Origin: Octopus vulgaris
Lineage: Eukaryota
NCBI GenBank assembly: GCA_951406725.2
Contig: OX597817.1
Location: 42,780,001 to 42,844,000, forward strand
DNA: 64,000 bases
Direction: 5' to 3'
A program made the translations under genes and the position numbers. Below are positions 52,801 to 64,000 of this stretch, one piece after another (the first letter of the stretch is position 1; the number at the start of each line of letters is the position of its first letter). The notes beneath the pieces were generated by a model. It had not been told where the DNA came from and made no database searches. It was given only the letters and a program-made list of their open reading frames with translations.

Positions 52801-54385
52801 TAAGCACAGTTTATCATATAAACTAAAATAGACATCTTTTATATAATAAAAGCAGTTTGTGGTTGAGTGATTGTAAAGTCTTGGTGACAAAAATCCAAAA
52901 GTACTTTCCTTTTGCATTCAATATTTTTTTGTTATTTTTTTCTACCAATGTATTTTTTTAATGGTTAACTCAACCACACTGATTGTATCACTATAGTGTA
53001 TATTTGTCTTCCACATTTCAGTTATTCACTGAGCTTATATCAACCATTATTTGTCTAGGCTTGCGCCTTTCCTTCTGTCTTTGACAAGTATTTCCTATCT
53101 TCTTATGGTTATTCACTGTTTTTGTTTGTTTTTGTTTTTTTTATTTATTCCAAGTCTTCTCATCCCTAACCTCAGTAATCTTCTGCTTGTGTTCTTCCTT
53201 TCGGCTTCAGTGAATGATATTTTTCCCTTCGAGGGAGTAATTTTCCTTAAAGTTAGTTTATCCACCTCAAGACAACTGTTCAAATGATAACAAACTGCAG
53301 TTATGTTTGTTATCTTCCTGACTATGCCACAAGAATCACTTTTCTATGATTGAAGACACCATTGATGTGCAGAAAATTGGTTCAAGAATAGTTGTATCAA
53401 TCACAAAACAAATGTTAAAAAAAGTGCAAAAATAGAAAAAATTCTACTGTAAAACTGTTTTAAATATGAATCTGAAATTTATTTCAACATCGTCTGTTGG
53501 AGAACAAAAATTAGTCTAACTGCAGGTAATGGTAGTAGTTGGTAGCAATCTTTTTTTAAAGTGAATATGGGAAAACCTTATTGTTGACCTTAACATTTCT
53601 GAAATTGTTCTCTGCCCATCCTGTTGGTTCTATATTGTCAATCATTTCAAAGGAATAACAAACAACGTACACAATAACAACAACATATTGGAATAGTCAC
53701 AAACTGCAACAACCCTTTTCCTCTTTCTCTCTTGTGTGTGTATATATGCATGTGACTAATTTTTTAATATATATGGTAGATAAAACATGCTATCTCTCTC
53801 ACTTTCAACAACTCAAATGTTATTCATGAATTTGTAACACACACACACACATAACATTATTCATTCATCCAGAGCTAAAGTTTCACTCTTTCTGCCCTGG
53901 GTTTCCTGTTTTTATCACACCCTTTAGGAATGTGATAGAAACTGAGAAACCTGGGCTGATGAGAAAGTAAATCATCTGCTCTGAATGAATGAACTCTGCT
54001 ACATGTATTGAGTACATTTTCTCACATATTTATATATCCAATTCTACACAATAATAATAATAATAATAATAATGATGATGATGATAATGATAGTTTGCCT
54101 GTGTTACAAAATTTGAAATGTTTTATAATGGTTTTGCTCTTAATTACATCTGTAAACGTTCTTTTGTTTATGCCATAACCAGAGGGAGTGTCCATGACAT
54201 TCATAGGCTCTAAAGATTTGTACATTGATGTGGAAAGGCAAATGATTTATACTCTGGGAGTTGATACTCTGAGGAAGAAAAACTGAGTGTCATGGTTAGA
54301 GCAGAGCTAGAGAAGAGAGAGACTCAGTTAGGATGAAGAGAAGAGGAAGGATGGGTGTGTTAGGTGCACCTAGTTTTCTAATCCT

Positions 54386-54616
54386 TATTTCTTTACTGCC
54401 CACAAGGGGCTACACACAGGGGACAAACAAAGACAGACAAAGGGATTAAGTCGATTACATCAACCCCAGTGCGTAACTGGTACTTATTTAATCGACCCTG
54501 AAAGGATGAAAGGCAAAGTCGACCTCGGCGGAATTTGAACTCAGAATGAAGCAGCAGATGAAATACCGCTAAGCATTTCACCCATCGTGCTAACATTTCT
54601 GCCAGCTCGCCGCCTC
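54386..54616 (-). mobile_element. SINE family B, young copy
   Basis: Target-site duplication ttctaatcct at 54376-54385 and 54617-54626; CpGs are retained. Confidence 0.88.
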
Positions 54617-57600
54617 TTCTAATCCTGCCAACTATTACTATCCCTTCCAACAACTCAAAAGTAATGAAAACAATCATCCCTTTTAACTCAGTGAATCTCA
54701 CTCTCTCCCTCTACAGTAAATACCAGTGTGATTTCTTTATAGAGCTAGATCTACAAGGAATTTGTTCTGTCCCTTCTTGTTGCACTTGAAATCAACAAAC
54801 CTTAGACTATGTCTGGCCTGTATGAGAATCTATGGGCTCAAGCTGGCTTTCATCTCTTGGATTGGAAGCATCTCCTCATTGCAGCATGTTCTGATGGATA
54901 TTATCCAATCTGGTTATGTCTCCCACACTCTTCTATGCAATTTTTTAGCCAAGAGAAATCACAGTCGTGGCTAATGCCGGTGTTACAAGCAAAGAAGTAG
55001 CAAATGAGGAAGCTTTTTCCTTGAGAGTAACCATCTACAGTGGATTCTTGGTTTGCAGAGTGGTGAGTAGGAGAATTCTTTAGGAAGGGAGATTCTCTTG
55101 CTGAAAACCAAAAGAACCATCATTTAGAGAGGAGGGGTACTTTGCAGGTTGTGCAGTGCCCAATGCATATGCTGCTTTCCAGTTGGTAGTCTTGCAGGAG
55201 TTATGGCAATTTTGTAGACCATGTATTTCTCAAGAAAGAAGCAAGGGTAAGTGGATAGATACAACCGACTGGGTCAGAGATGAAGTCATTGCGCTCAGGG
55301 ATAATTAGCTATTGCTACATAAATTATTTGGTTGTTTGCAAGAAGAAATTGCTATTATTGAAGAATGTGATAGAATTTATTCTGTTGGATGGTTTGTCAT
55401 GTTATGACATGGCATTTAAATAATTTAGGATAAAAAATATTCTGAATACATTATAAAAAAAAATATTACAAACTGATTTAAAGCTACAATTATGCAGGTT
55501 TAATATTGTGTCAAGTAATTTGTAAGAGAAGAAAGGAAATTCTAGCAGTCTATTTTGTATTTTTATGTGCATAGCAAAAAAAAGAAGTGTTAACTTTATT
55601 GAGAACCTCACATGATGACCTGACCTGCTAGAAATAGCAGCCAGGCCTCCCTCAAAACACAACCTATCATCTTAAAAGGGCATACTGGATAATGTAACCT
55701 AAGGTATATTATTCCTTTTAAATGTTGGGATAGTCATAGCTGGAATATCTTTGGTAATTTGTCTTCTCGATAAGTGCTGACTTGGGACCAAACAGCAACG
55801 ACGATGGCGACAAAGGCCAACAGTTTTTGAAAGTTGGCACTTGTATTAGAGTAGTGCACTACATATCGTTGAACAGCTTTAATCTATGATGGCTTGGGAA
55901 AATGTATGATGAAAACAAGACTGCTTCATCCTATATTTTCTTCATTTCATAAAAATATTCTGCTGAAAACTGATATTTTACTTTGAGTTGGTAATACTAT
56001 TCCAAGATATAAAAAGCATTGTAGCTTAGGGATTAAAGTATTAAACTTTAGGTCTGCCTATGAGTTGTACGCTCCAACTCATAGACAGACCTAAAGTTTA
56101 ATATTTTGCTGTACACACTTTGATGTGTCTTCATCCAAAGTACTTCCCTTGCTTCAGTATACTAAATTAGGAAAATATGAGTGTTTTTATATTAACAAGG
56201 GTATTCATTCATAAGAATAAAAATAAATTGTTTTTGGGACATAAGCAAATTTCTGAATTTTTCAGATTTATATATATCTATAGTGCCATAGATAAATAGA
56301 TTTAAAATGAGAAACAAAAATAAGTTAGATATTGTGTGCTGGTGGAGGGGGGGGGGTTTAAATTGCAGCAAATTCCTTTCAGATTTGAATTCTTTTACTT
56401 CCTGTTTAAAAATACTGAAACTATATTCTTATTACATGAAACTTTGTTTATAACTTTCTACTGTTCGAATTTGTTATTGAACTGCTTTCGGCATTAGAAA
56501 GGATTATTTCAGCAAGCAATAGCATTTAATCTGAATGCACAGGTTGAACGTACTTCTAGTTGATGCTAAATGTAAATATCTTTGGGTAGTATTTTTGCAG
56601 AGGAAGAAGATTATTATAAATGAGTCATCACGCTAGATATCTTGAGTTATAGCTTAAATTATAAGATACAGTCGCTAATGGATTGTGATTGGTCATTTCG
56701 GTTAGCTTTGTTTTCTCAGTTTAACACTTCAATGTTTAGAATTAATTGCCATATTAGTACTTTATGTTTGTGTTGATTTACACATGAAAACCACTCCTGT
56801 TGTTTACATGTTCCAATATTGTATTTCAAACCTAACCAGTTCTTGGGGAAGCAGTAACTCAATATATGCTATTCTAAAATCAAGGTTTTGCATAATTGGA
56901 TGGAACTGCACTTAGAATATCAGTATTTAAACTTTCATTTTATTTTATCAAACTAAAAATAAGATAAATCATTTGTACACAACATTGACAGTAAATAATA
57001 GATTCTTTCATTGTCTTCATCATCATCATCGTTGTCATCATTGCTGTCATCATCACAGCCATCATCACCATCACTATCACTCATCACCATCATCATCATC
57101 ATCATCAATAGCGTTAGCCTTGAGCTGTCCATTGCAGGATGTAGGTGTTTCTCATATTTCTCTAAGTTTCACAATCCTAAAAGATGTGAGGCCATCTTTG
57201 AATCGGTGTAGGTTGTCCCTCCATTTACTCTTTTGTTATAAGACCTCTTAATTTTAATTAGTGTCCATTTTGTTGTTAATTTTATCCATAATTTTGTTTT
57301 TCATGTTTCCTTGGCATAGTTGTTGCTAGGTTAAATGCAGGACAATATAGAATTTATGTAAATACATTTATTCATACATGCCAAAGCTAAATAACCCCTC
57401 CTTATTCGTGTCAAACGTTCTCTTTTAATCCAGCCATATTTATAAATATTTTCTGTCCAGAAGTGACCTGTTTATAGCTATTAAATAGGCAACTCAAGTA
57501 TGTTTCTGAAACAAACAAAAAAATTATGAGTTTTTTTTTCTTTTAACATAGCAAAATAAGATTTTTTTTTCAGTTACCTAACTTGAGAATATAATTTTGT

Positions 57601-57699
57601 ATCACATCAAATTTAGCAGTCATTATTTCTCACACAAAGGACTAAAATTCTTTGCTACAAAATACAAAGCCTTAATGTCATCATTCATACAACATATAA

Positions 57700-58100
57700 A
57701 AGACCAAAACAAAAACAAGATTATATAGATTACAAGCACTCACTTGCATAACATTCTGCTAAAATAAGGAAAACATGACACTAATCTACAAACAATACAT
57801 CAGGTCCTTTATAAAGGTGCCAGCCTTGTCTAAGCTTCCAATCTATCTGCCCCAAATCATAACAAAATACAAACAATATACTCTTTATAATAACAGTCTG
57901 CACTATCATAACAACTTCACACAGCAAAACAAAATTCCTTGAAAAACAAAGACCATCAAGATACACTACATGTGCAAGTCCAAGCAAAAGTCTATTATAA
58001 ATCACGCTACACGTTAAATTACAATCTCTAATACACTCATGAACACTGTTCCAAAATGCATTTTCTTCGACAGAACAAGACAAATATAAACACTTGTGCA
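57700..58100 (+). mobile_element. Highly decayed LINE (Jockey/I-like) RT C-terminal remnant
   Basis: A/C-skewed tract containing MTLIYKQYIRS, which resembles the LxxYKxxIRPxxxY motif found after LINE RT domains. Confidence 0.35.
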
Positions 58101-61100
58101 CACTAAAATAACCACAAATTAAATTTCTTTTCTAGTTCTGAATTCTAGTTTCATTTGCAACTTATTATAATAAATACCAGAGAACCACAACTGTCTTTTT
58201 TAACTTGCTTTTAAATGATCCTGTAAATCTCTAGACATAGAAAAAAAAAAATCAGAATGGACAGGAAATATAATGCATATATTTTTACCTGAGTATTATA
58301 ATGCAACCAAATTTTCGATGTAACAGAATGTGTAGGGTGGTCCAAAATCAGATTAAACAATATCATCCCTCTTTGTTTTGAAATTGCAACACCACTTACC
58401 CTATAAAGTATTGTGCTCTCTATTTCAAGTTAAACTCATTCCTTCTTTCTCTCTTTCTCCTTTCCTGTCTCTTAGACATCGTATACCACATTAAGAAGCT
58501 CTCTCATTGCTCAATGTTGAATCTGTGGATCACCACCGAATGTTTGATTGGTTACTTTCTTATCACATGTTTGCTCAAAGTTATTCAATGCTACTCAATA
58601 ACCAAAATGCTCTACTTTTTCTTTCTTAAAGGACTAGTGCTATAAGATAGAAAATGTTAAGTATTTTGGTTATTGGATAGCATTGGACAACTTTGAGCAA
58701 ACATATGAACACATTAACTCCATTCATATTACGTGTATTGTTCTGTCTGCATAGGATTGGTTCCCTAGTTATATGCACATTTTCTTTTGATAGTTCACTT
58801 ATTTATGAAACAAACAAAAAAAGGAAAAAAAGGAAGTATACTTAGGTGGTTTATTTTTCTTTTTTAATTTGAAGGAAATATTAAATCACAATTTAAGATA
58901 ATTGAATTGGTTGATAATACAATTTAAAAAAGAACATGTTCTAAATTTGAATTAGTAATTTACAACGACCTCGCCCACAAAATATTCAAGTCTCTAATAA
59001 GCAGTTCACTATGACCTATCGTGTGACCTAACAACATGTGGGATCTTGAATTTTTTACTGCTTGGTACAAATATTTGTCTTGACATATTCTCACAAACAA
59101 AGGACATAATACTATGTTGACTCATAAAAAGTATTATGTTGGCATTAAAAATCACCCGCTCTCGCTCCATATATTTATTTCCTTGAAAGTATTTGTTGAA
59201 TGCAGAGTAACAGTCAGTTGTTTTGTTCCACAAATCGAAGTTTGTCCTTGGAGTTTTGCTTTTTTTTCTTCTCCTCCCTTTCTTTCATCTGTGTAGCTTA
59301 TCTAATCTGATATTTTAACTATGATTGGAATGCTCTTTCTAAAGGAATCTTAACTAGCTGACAGATAGCTCTTAAATGTTACCTCTTAGCTAACCATTGG
59401 CTACTTCTTTTCCCTAATGATTGTAGTAATTGTTTATAATCTGTCTGTGGACTATTGTGTGTGTGTGTGTGTAAGAGAGACAGAGGGAGGGAGATTACCC
59501 GACAGACAGACAAACATTCTTTAACCATTTGATCTCTTGACAATTGTAGTCAGTGAGAAGTGGGGTTTTTTTCATTTTATTTATTTGCAAGATTATTGTA
59601 GACATGTTATTTTATCTTGCTTTTTTTTTGATAAACAAATGAAGTACTGGGCTCAAAGGAGAGTAGTTTAATAACCAAATCACGGCTACTTCATTTCACT
59701 TCTGTGGTTTATTTCTCTTACAATTTCTTATGTAGACTATCTTAAAATTCCAAATTAGTTACCTGAATTCACTGGTTATATTTGACTTAAGTAGATAGGA
59801 ATTATATTTTTAAAATGTTCTAATAAATTCATAAATGAAAATCAATTCTCCATAAACTGGGTCTTTTAAAACTTTTATCTGCTCTCAGATTTTTACTCTG
59901 AAATTATGGCAGTATTTGAAAAGATTCACTATTTTGTGACTAATTGATTAAAAATACTCTTGTCTTTATAATTAAAAACAATTAAACTCTCATATTAAGA
60001 TTTATTTAAATTAATCAATTTATTGGGGTATAGATCATACTGATTTGTTTAAGACTTATTAAAAATCTAGTTTGAAGAACTGGTAGCTTTTAATTTTAAT
60101 TCTCCCTGTTCTGTTACTTATAAATATCCTACAATAATGCATAAAAATAAATAATTTATAACACATTTCTAGCACTCTCATTTAATTCTGTTCTTAATTA
60201 ATATCAGTTATCTGTTTGTCTGTAGATTTTAATAATTTTGTATGAAATTATGTCTATACTGGCTTCTAGCAATCAAGAAAAATCTATCTCTTTTATTAAA
60301 GAATCCTTCCTCGTAGACAACCTCTATCTGCTCTTTGGCCCATCATATTGTTCATTTTCCTTCCTGTCTTCAGACATTTAGTCATTTAATCCTGCTGCTT
60401 TATACATTATTCATTCAACATTACTTGCTATCGCATTTGTCCTTCTTTTGTTACCAAAGCCATATATTTCTCATCTTTCTTTGGCATGCTGAATCCACAC
60501 TGTCTCTTTCAGGGCCAAACACAAAGCACACTAATACACATTGACGGACACACGCGTGCATGCATTTTGTGCTGCTTTTAAATTCCTCCGTCCAGTTTTT
60601 CTGTTTTTCTCAGTTACTAATTTGATCCAATAAAACATTAACTATAAATATTTTACAAAACCTTTTTATCACGTTATGGGCTCTACATCCTCTGAGAAAA
60701 TATTTTTATAGATTTATTCAATATGGGCTATTAGTAACATGCAGAACATTTATGTTTCCACATTCACCATCTATCTCTTTTATTTTTTTTTTAATGTGAT
60801 TGCTCTGTTAAGCATGCCATTTCATAAACCAACAAAGGAGCCTCTATGTGGTTGCTCAAAATGCTAGACATAGCAATCAAATCTACTTCAAATAATATTT
60901 TAGTATGTTGTGAGAAGAGGACGTCTTGAATGACGCAGTCTTAGGTGCATTGTGCCTGGTTAAGTAGAATGATTTTGATCACAGATCTGACACCAGATTA
61001 AAACAACAAACAGGTGTCCTTGTTTTCTGTCACCTATCTGATTGCTTTTCTCTGGGGTTCCATCATACTGATTTGTTCAATGTTGTAGTTTTAAGTTCTT

Positions 61101-62444
61101 TGTCTTCCTGTCCTACTGAGTAAGTTGACTGTATAATAATGGCATGTGTCCAGAGCTCCATTTGGTTTTGCCTTTACATCTATAAACTTCACCTCTGCAG
61201 TTGATTCTCCCAAGTCTGCATACTTCATGATGTTTATAATCATAGAACAAATATGGAAAAATAAAAGAAGCAAATAGATATTAGAAAACAAAAGAATATT
61301 TGTCCTAAAGTCATTACCAAAATAATTAAGCAATGCCTTTACATGAATACATTTGTCTGTAATCTTTTACTCTTGTTAGTCAATGGTAGTGCTTAATAAA
61401 ATAGTTATCTAAATTTGAGGAAAGGTCCTGCCTAAATTGTCATATTTTTCCTCTTCCTCAAAGTAAAGAAATATCTAAAGAGTCTCATCAGTCTGCAATG
61501 CGTTAGATATAAAGTTGAACCCCTTTTGGACTAAACTTTCATGTGAAGTTTGAAAGGAAGAGGATACCTCAACTGATTTAAATGGAAAATTTGGTGTGCA
61601 AAATCAGTTGCTAGATATTTTTATGATCCTTATATATGTTTGAAGTGTCAGTGGTGAATGGAGTGAGGCAAGGACATGTACTTTATTGGGGTTTTTTTTT
61701 AAATCAAGTGCATGGATGATATATCCCAGGACTAGAATTTCTGAATTAAAACTGAAACAGTAAGCAATTCTTAGAATTTCAACACCTGCATGAATATGGA
61801 AATAAGTGTAGAAGTAATTTTACAAACAGCAATTGATTAGTAAAAATATTGAAAACTAAAGTGCAAAGAGCAAATAATGTTAGATATTGACTCGCCTTCC
61901 CACCCTCCCACTCTTGAAACCAAAAGCCATGTTATCCAAAACTATCTTCTTCCTGACATTATCATTGCCAATATTGTTTTTTAACAAAAGACCTTGAGCA
62001 TAAAAATCAACATATATGAAAGTGTTGTCTAATGTCCACAAACAATACATAATCCATTATAAAAATGTTAAATTAATTAGTAAAATCATTTTGCTGTGAA
62101 GAAAAGAAGTCATCTAACGTTTCTTGGTAGGACCTTTTATTAGAGGGAGAGTGAGAATGCTTATTGATAGAAAATAATTCATCTCTAATGAAAATGTTTG
62201 CTCAAAATATTAGGCTTCTTCTCTTCTTCATAGCAAAACAATGTCTTTCACTTTGTGAACTGTTTGTATAAACAAGTTAGTCTATTTGGTGAGACAGTTC
62301 AAAAATAAGTGTTGCATGTAATTGGGAGTTATTAATTAGGAATTATTAGTTATGTCTTCACAAAGGAAGTGGCATAACATCTGAATGGTGCTTAGTTATA
62401 TATATATATTTGTAAATAGTCTTGTGGAACTTAAATTTGATATA

Positions 62445-62772
62445 TCTTTCACTAGACTGTTGCCATGCTGGGGCAACATCTTGAAGTGTTTTCGGTTGAA
62501 TGAATCAACCCAGAACTTATATTTTAAAGCCTGGTACTTATTCTATCGGTCTCTTTTGCTGAACCACTAAGTAACGGGGATGTAAACACGCCAACACTGG
62601 TTGTCAAGCAGTGGTAAGGGACAAAGACACACACACAATGGGCTTCTTTTAGTTTCTGTCTATCAAATCCACTCACAAAGCTATGGTTGTCTGAAGATGC
62701 TTCTCAGTGGGACTGAACCCAGGATCATGTGGCTGTGAAGCAAACTTCTTACCACACAGCCACACCTGCGCC
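62445..62772 (-). mobile_element. SINE family A
   Basis: Homologous to 6151-6552 and ends in accacacagccacacctgcgcc. Confidence 0.8.
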
Positions 62773-63134
62773 TGTATATTTATTTAAAATATAATTGTCC
62801 AGAAGTTGATGATGATGATGAAGTTGTATTAATGAGAAATGAAGATATCTAAATATGCCCCTTCTGCCAACAATAAGATAGAATACCTAAAGTAGATTTG
62901 AACTTTTGTTCTATGCTTTACATTATTAATACAGACGATAGGGGTGAGATGCAAAAAAATCCTTTTCATAAATCCTATTCAGTAGACTAAACTTCGACTG
63001 GATTTGAACTTTCATCCAATACATTATAACGATCAATAAATGAATAAATAAACCCAAAGTATTCTATGCAATGAAAATGGTTGGAAAGTAAAATTACATG
63101 CCATGTGATGATATTAAAAAAAAACTATACTGGA

Positions 63135-63340
63135 TATTCTGCTGTGTCTGGGGAGAGTCATTTTCTTTTTTGCCTTATAATGTAACACACTCACCAGTAA
63201 AATTTCCACTTTTTTCTTATTTTTATTTTCCTAAAATTTTTGTTGCGTCTTGCAACCTTTTCAATAGTCTTGACTCTGTCCGTTATTTACACTCTTCAAC
63301 ACATGAACTCATGTAAAGAATCTTGCAAAACAAATCCAAA
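63135..63340 (-). mobile_element. Second copy of the Penelope-like terminal family, with a decayed hammerhead-like motif at 63231-63267
   Basis: High similarity to 423-560 and 663-709. Stem II is a perfect GUUGC/GCAAC but the core G12 is changed to A (c>t at 63241). Confidence 0.6.
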
Positions 63341-63434
63341 AACGAAATATACTGAATATGTTCCTTGTGAATTATAAATCTTTGCTCTTGATTTAATATC
63401 TAAGTTAAAAGTTGTTTGTTTGTCTTTTTTACAG

Positions 63435-63692
63435 GTTCAACGCCAAGTAATTACCAATCTAACAACACGAGATGAAGCATTGGAGTACATCGAAAAGCTT
63501 TGTCTCCAGCTCCTTTTCACATTGTGTGCAGTGCCATTACATACCATCCAAGATGTGGAGGAACGTGTACAAAAAATCATCCCCACATCAATTAATGTAT
63601 GGACGATACGAGAGGCACAAGGTGCCCTCGAGAAAGGCAAAAAGAACACGTTGGTTTTGCCAGTGGAGAAGGTACACAATCTCCTCATCAAG
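63435..63692 (+). CDS. SOS: Son of sevenless homolog, second coding exon, histone-fold domain (VQRQV...DEALEYIEKLCLQLL...DVEERVQK...LPVEKVHNLLIK)
   Basis: Acceptor tttgtttgtcttttttacAG|G, 258 nt / 86 codons with no stop, donor AAG|GTCAGT at 63693. Motifs ALEYIE.L.LQLL..LC, DVEERVQK and LPVEK.H.LL match the recalled SOS1/SOS2 histone-fold region. The gene continues beyond the window. Confidence 0.95.
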
Positions 63693-64000
63693 GTCAGTTA
63701 TTTGATATTTTATAGTAAATATGCCTGTGCTCTATCAACGAGTTCAGTGAGTTTTTATTGGACTCTTTACTAATCAGGTAGAGATTTTCAAAATGAGAAC
63801 ACGTTTTTAGATTACTCATGTAATACACACACACACAAAAAAAAATTCATTTGTGACAATTTCTTCATTGTTGATATTTTCAACTTAAATAACCTGCTTA
63901 TTGCCAGGGAGTAGATATTCAAATTATTGTAAAACAAGCATTACAGTATCATCATCCCATCTGTTCTTCCTTGTTAATATGAGTTAGATGAGTCATCAAA

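Larger units (their letters stand above)
14314..63434 (+). other. SOS: SOS intron following the first coding exon (49,121 nt, GT-AG, phase 0)
   Basis: Bounded by GTGAGT and polypyrimidine-CAG. The flanking exons join to give ...SLQK|VQRQV..., collinear with human ...ALKK|VQGQV..., so no coding exon is missing. Confidence 0.88.

Noticed and set aside
53956-53966. CTGATGA followed by GAAA as a possible hammerhead core
   Set aside because: No stem II between the two core halves and no stem I/III arrangement.
56973-57251. His-rich and Ser-rich ORFs
   Set aside because: Degenerate (CAT)n microsatellite with no splice or homology support.

Overview
AT-rich, repeat-dense eukaryotic (animal) genomic DNA. 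The SINE families resemble those of coleoid cephalopods (Octopus-like); this assignment is an inference from recalled repeat consensuses. The only host protein-coding gene I can support is the 5' end of Son of sevenless (SOS, Ras-GEF, N-terminal histone-fold domain) on the + strand. Its first coding exon (14209-14313) and next exon (63435-63692) are joined by a 49,121-nt phase-0 GT-AG intron. Upstream lie a candidate initiator at ~12951 and a ~1.26-kb leader containing only one AUG, inside a CpG-retaining domain of roughly 9.6-17.8 kb. The rest is transposon debris: a mariner relic with a tandemly amplified end, two Dong/R4-type LINE 3' fragments, RTE LINE relics, at least five SINE-like families, hAT, piggyBac and Tc1/pogo-type MITEs, and microsatellites. 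The most interesting observations are (i) a type-I minimal hammerhead-ribozyme-like motif with a U3-A8 covariant core, sitting in the loop of a ~97-bp inverted repeat, with a second decayed copy near SOS exon 2, which suggests Penelope-like remnants; (ii) recurrent snap-back inverted duplications in the SOS intron that could form dsRNA; (iii) SOS codons that differ from recalled homologues by G>A changes that A-to-I editing could reverse; and (iv) a filled/empty site pair for a piggyBac MITE. No CRISPR, rRNA or genuine tRNA was found, and nearly all ORF-track entries are spurious or TE fragments. I did not find a new multi-gene system.
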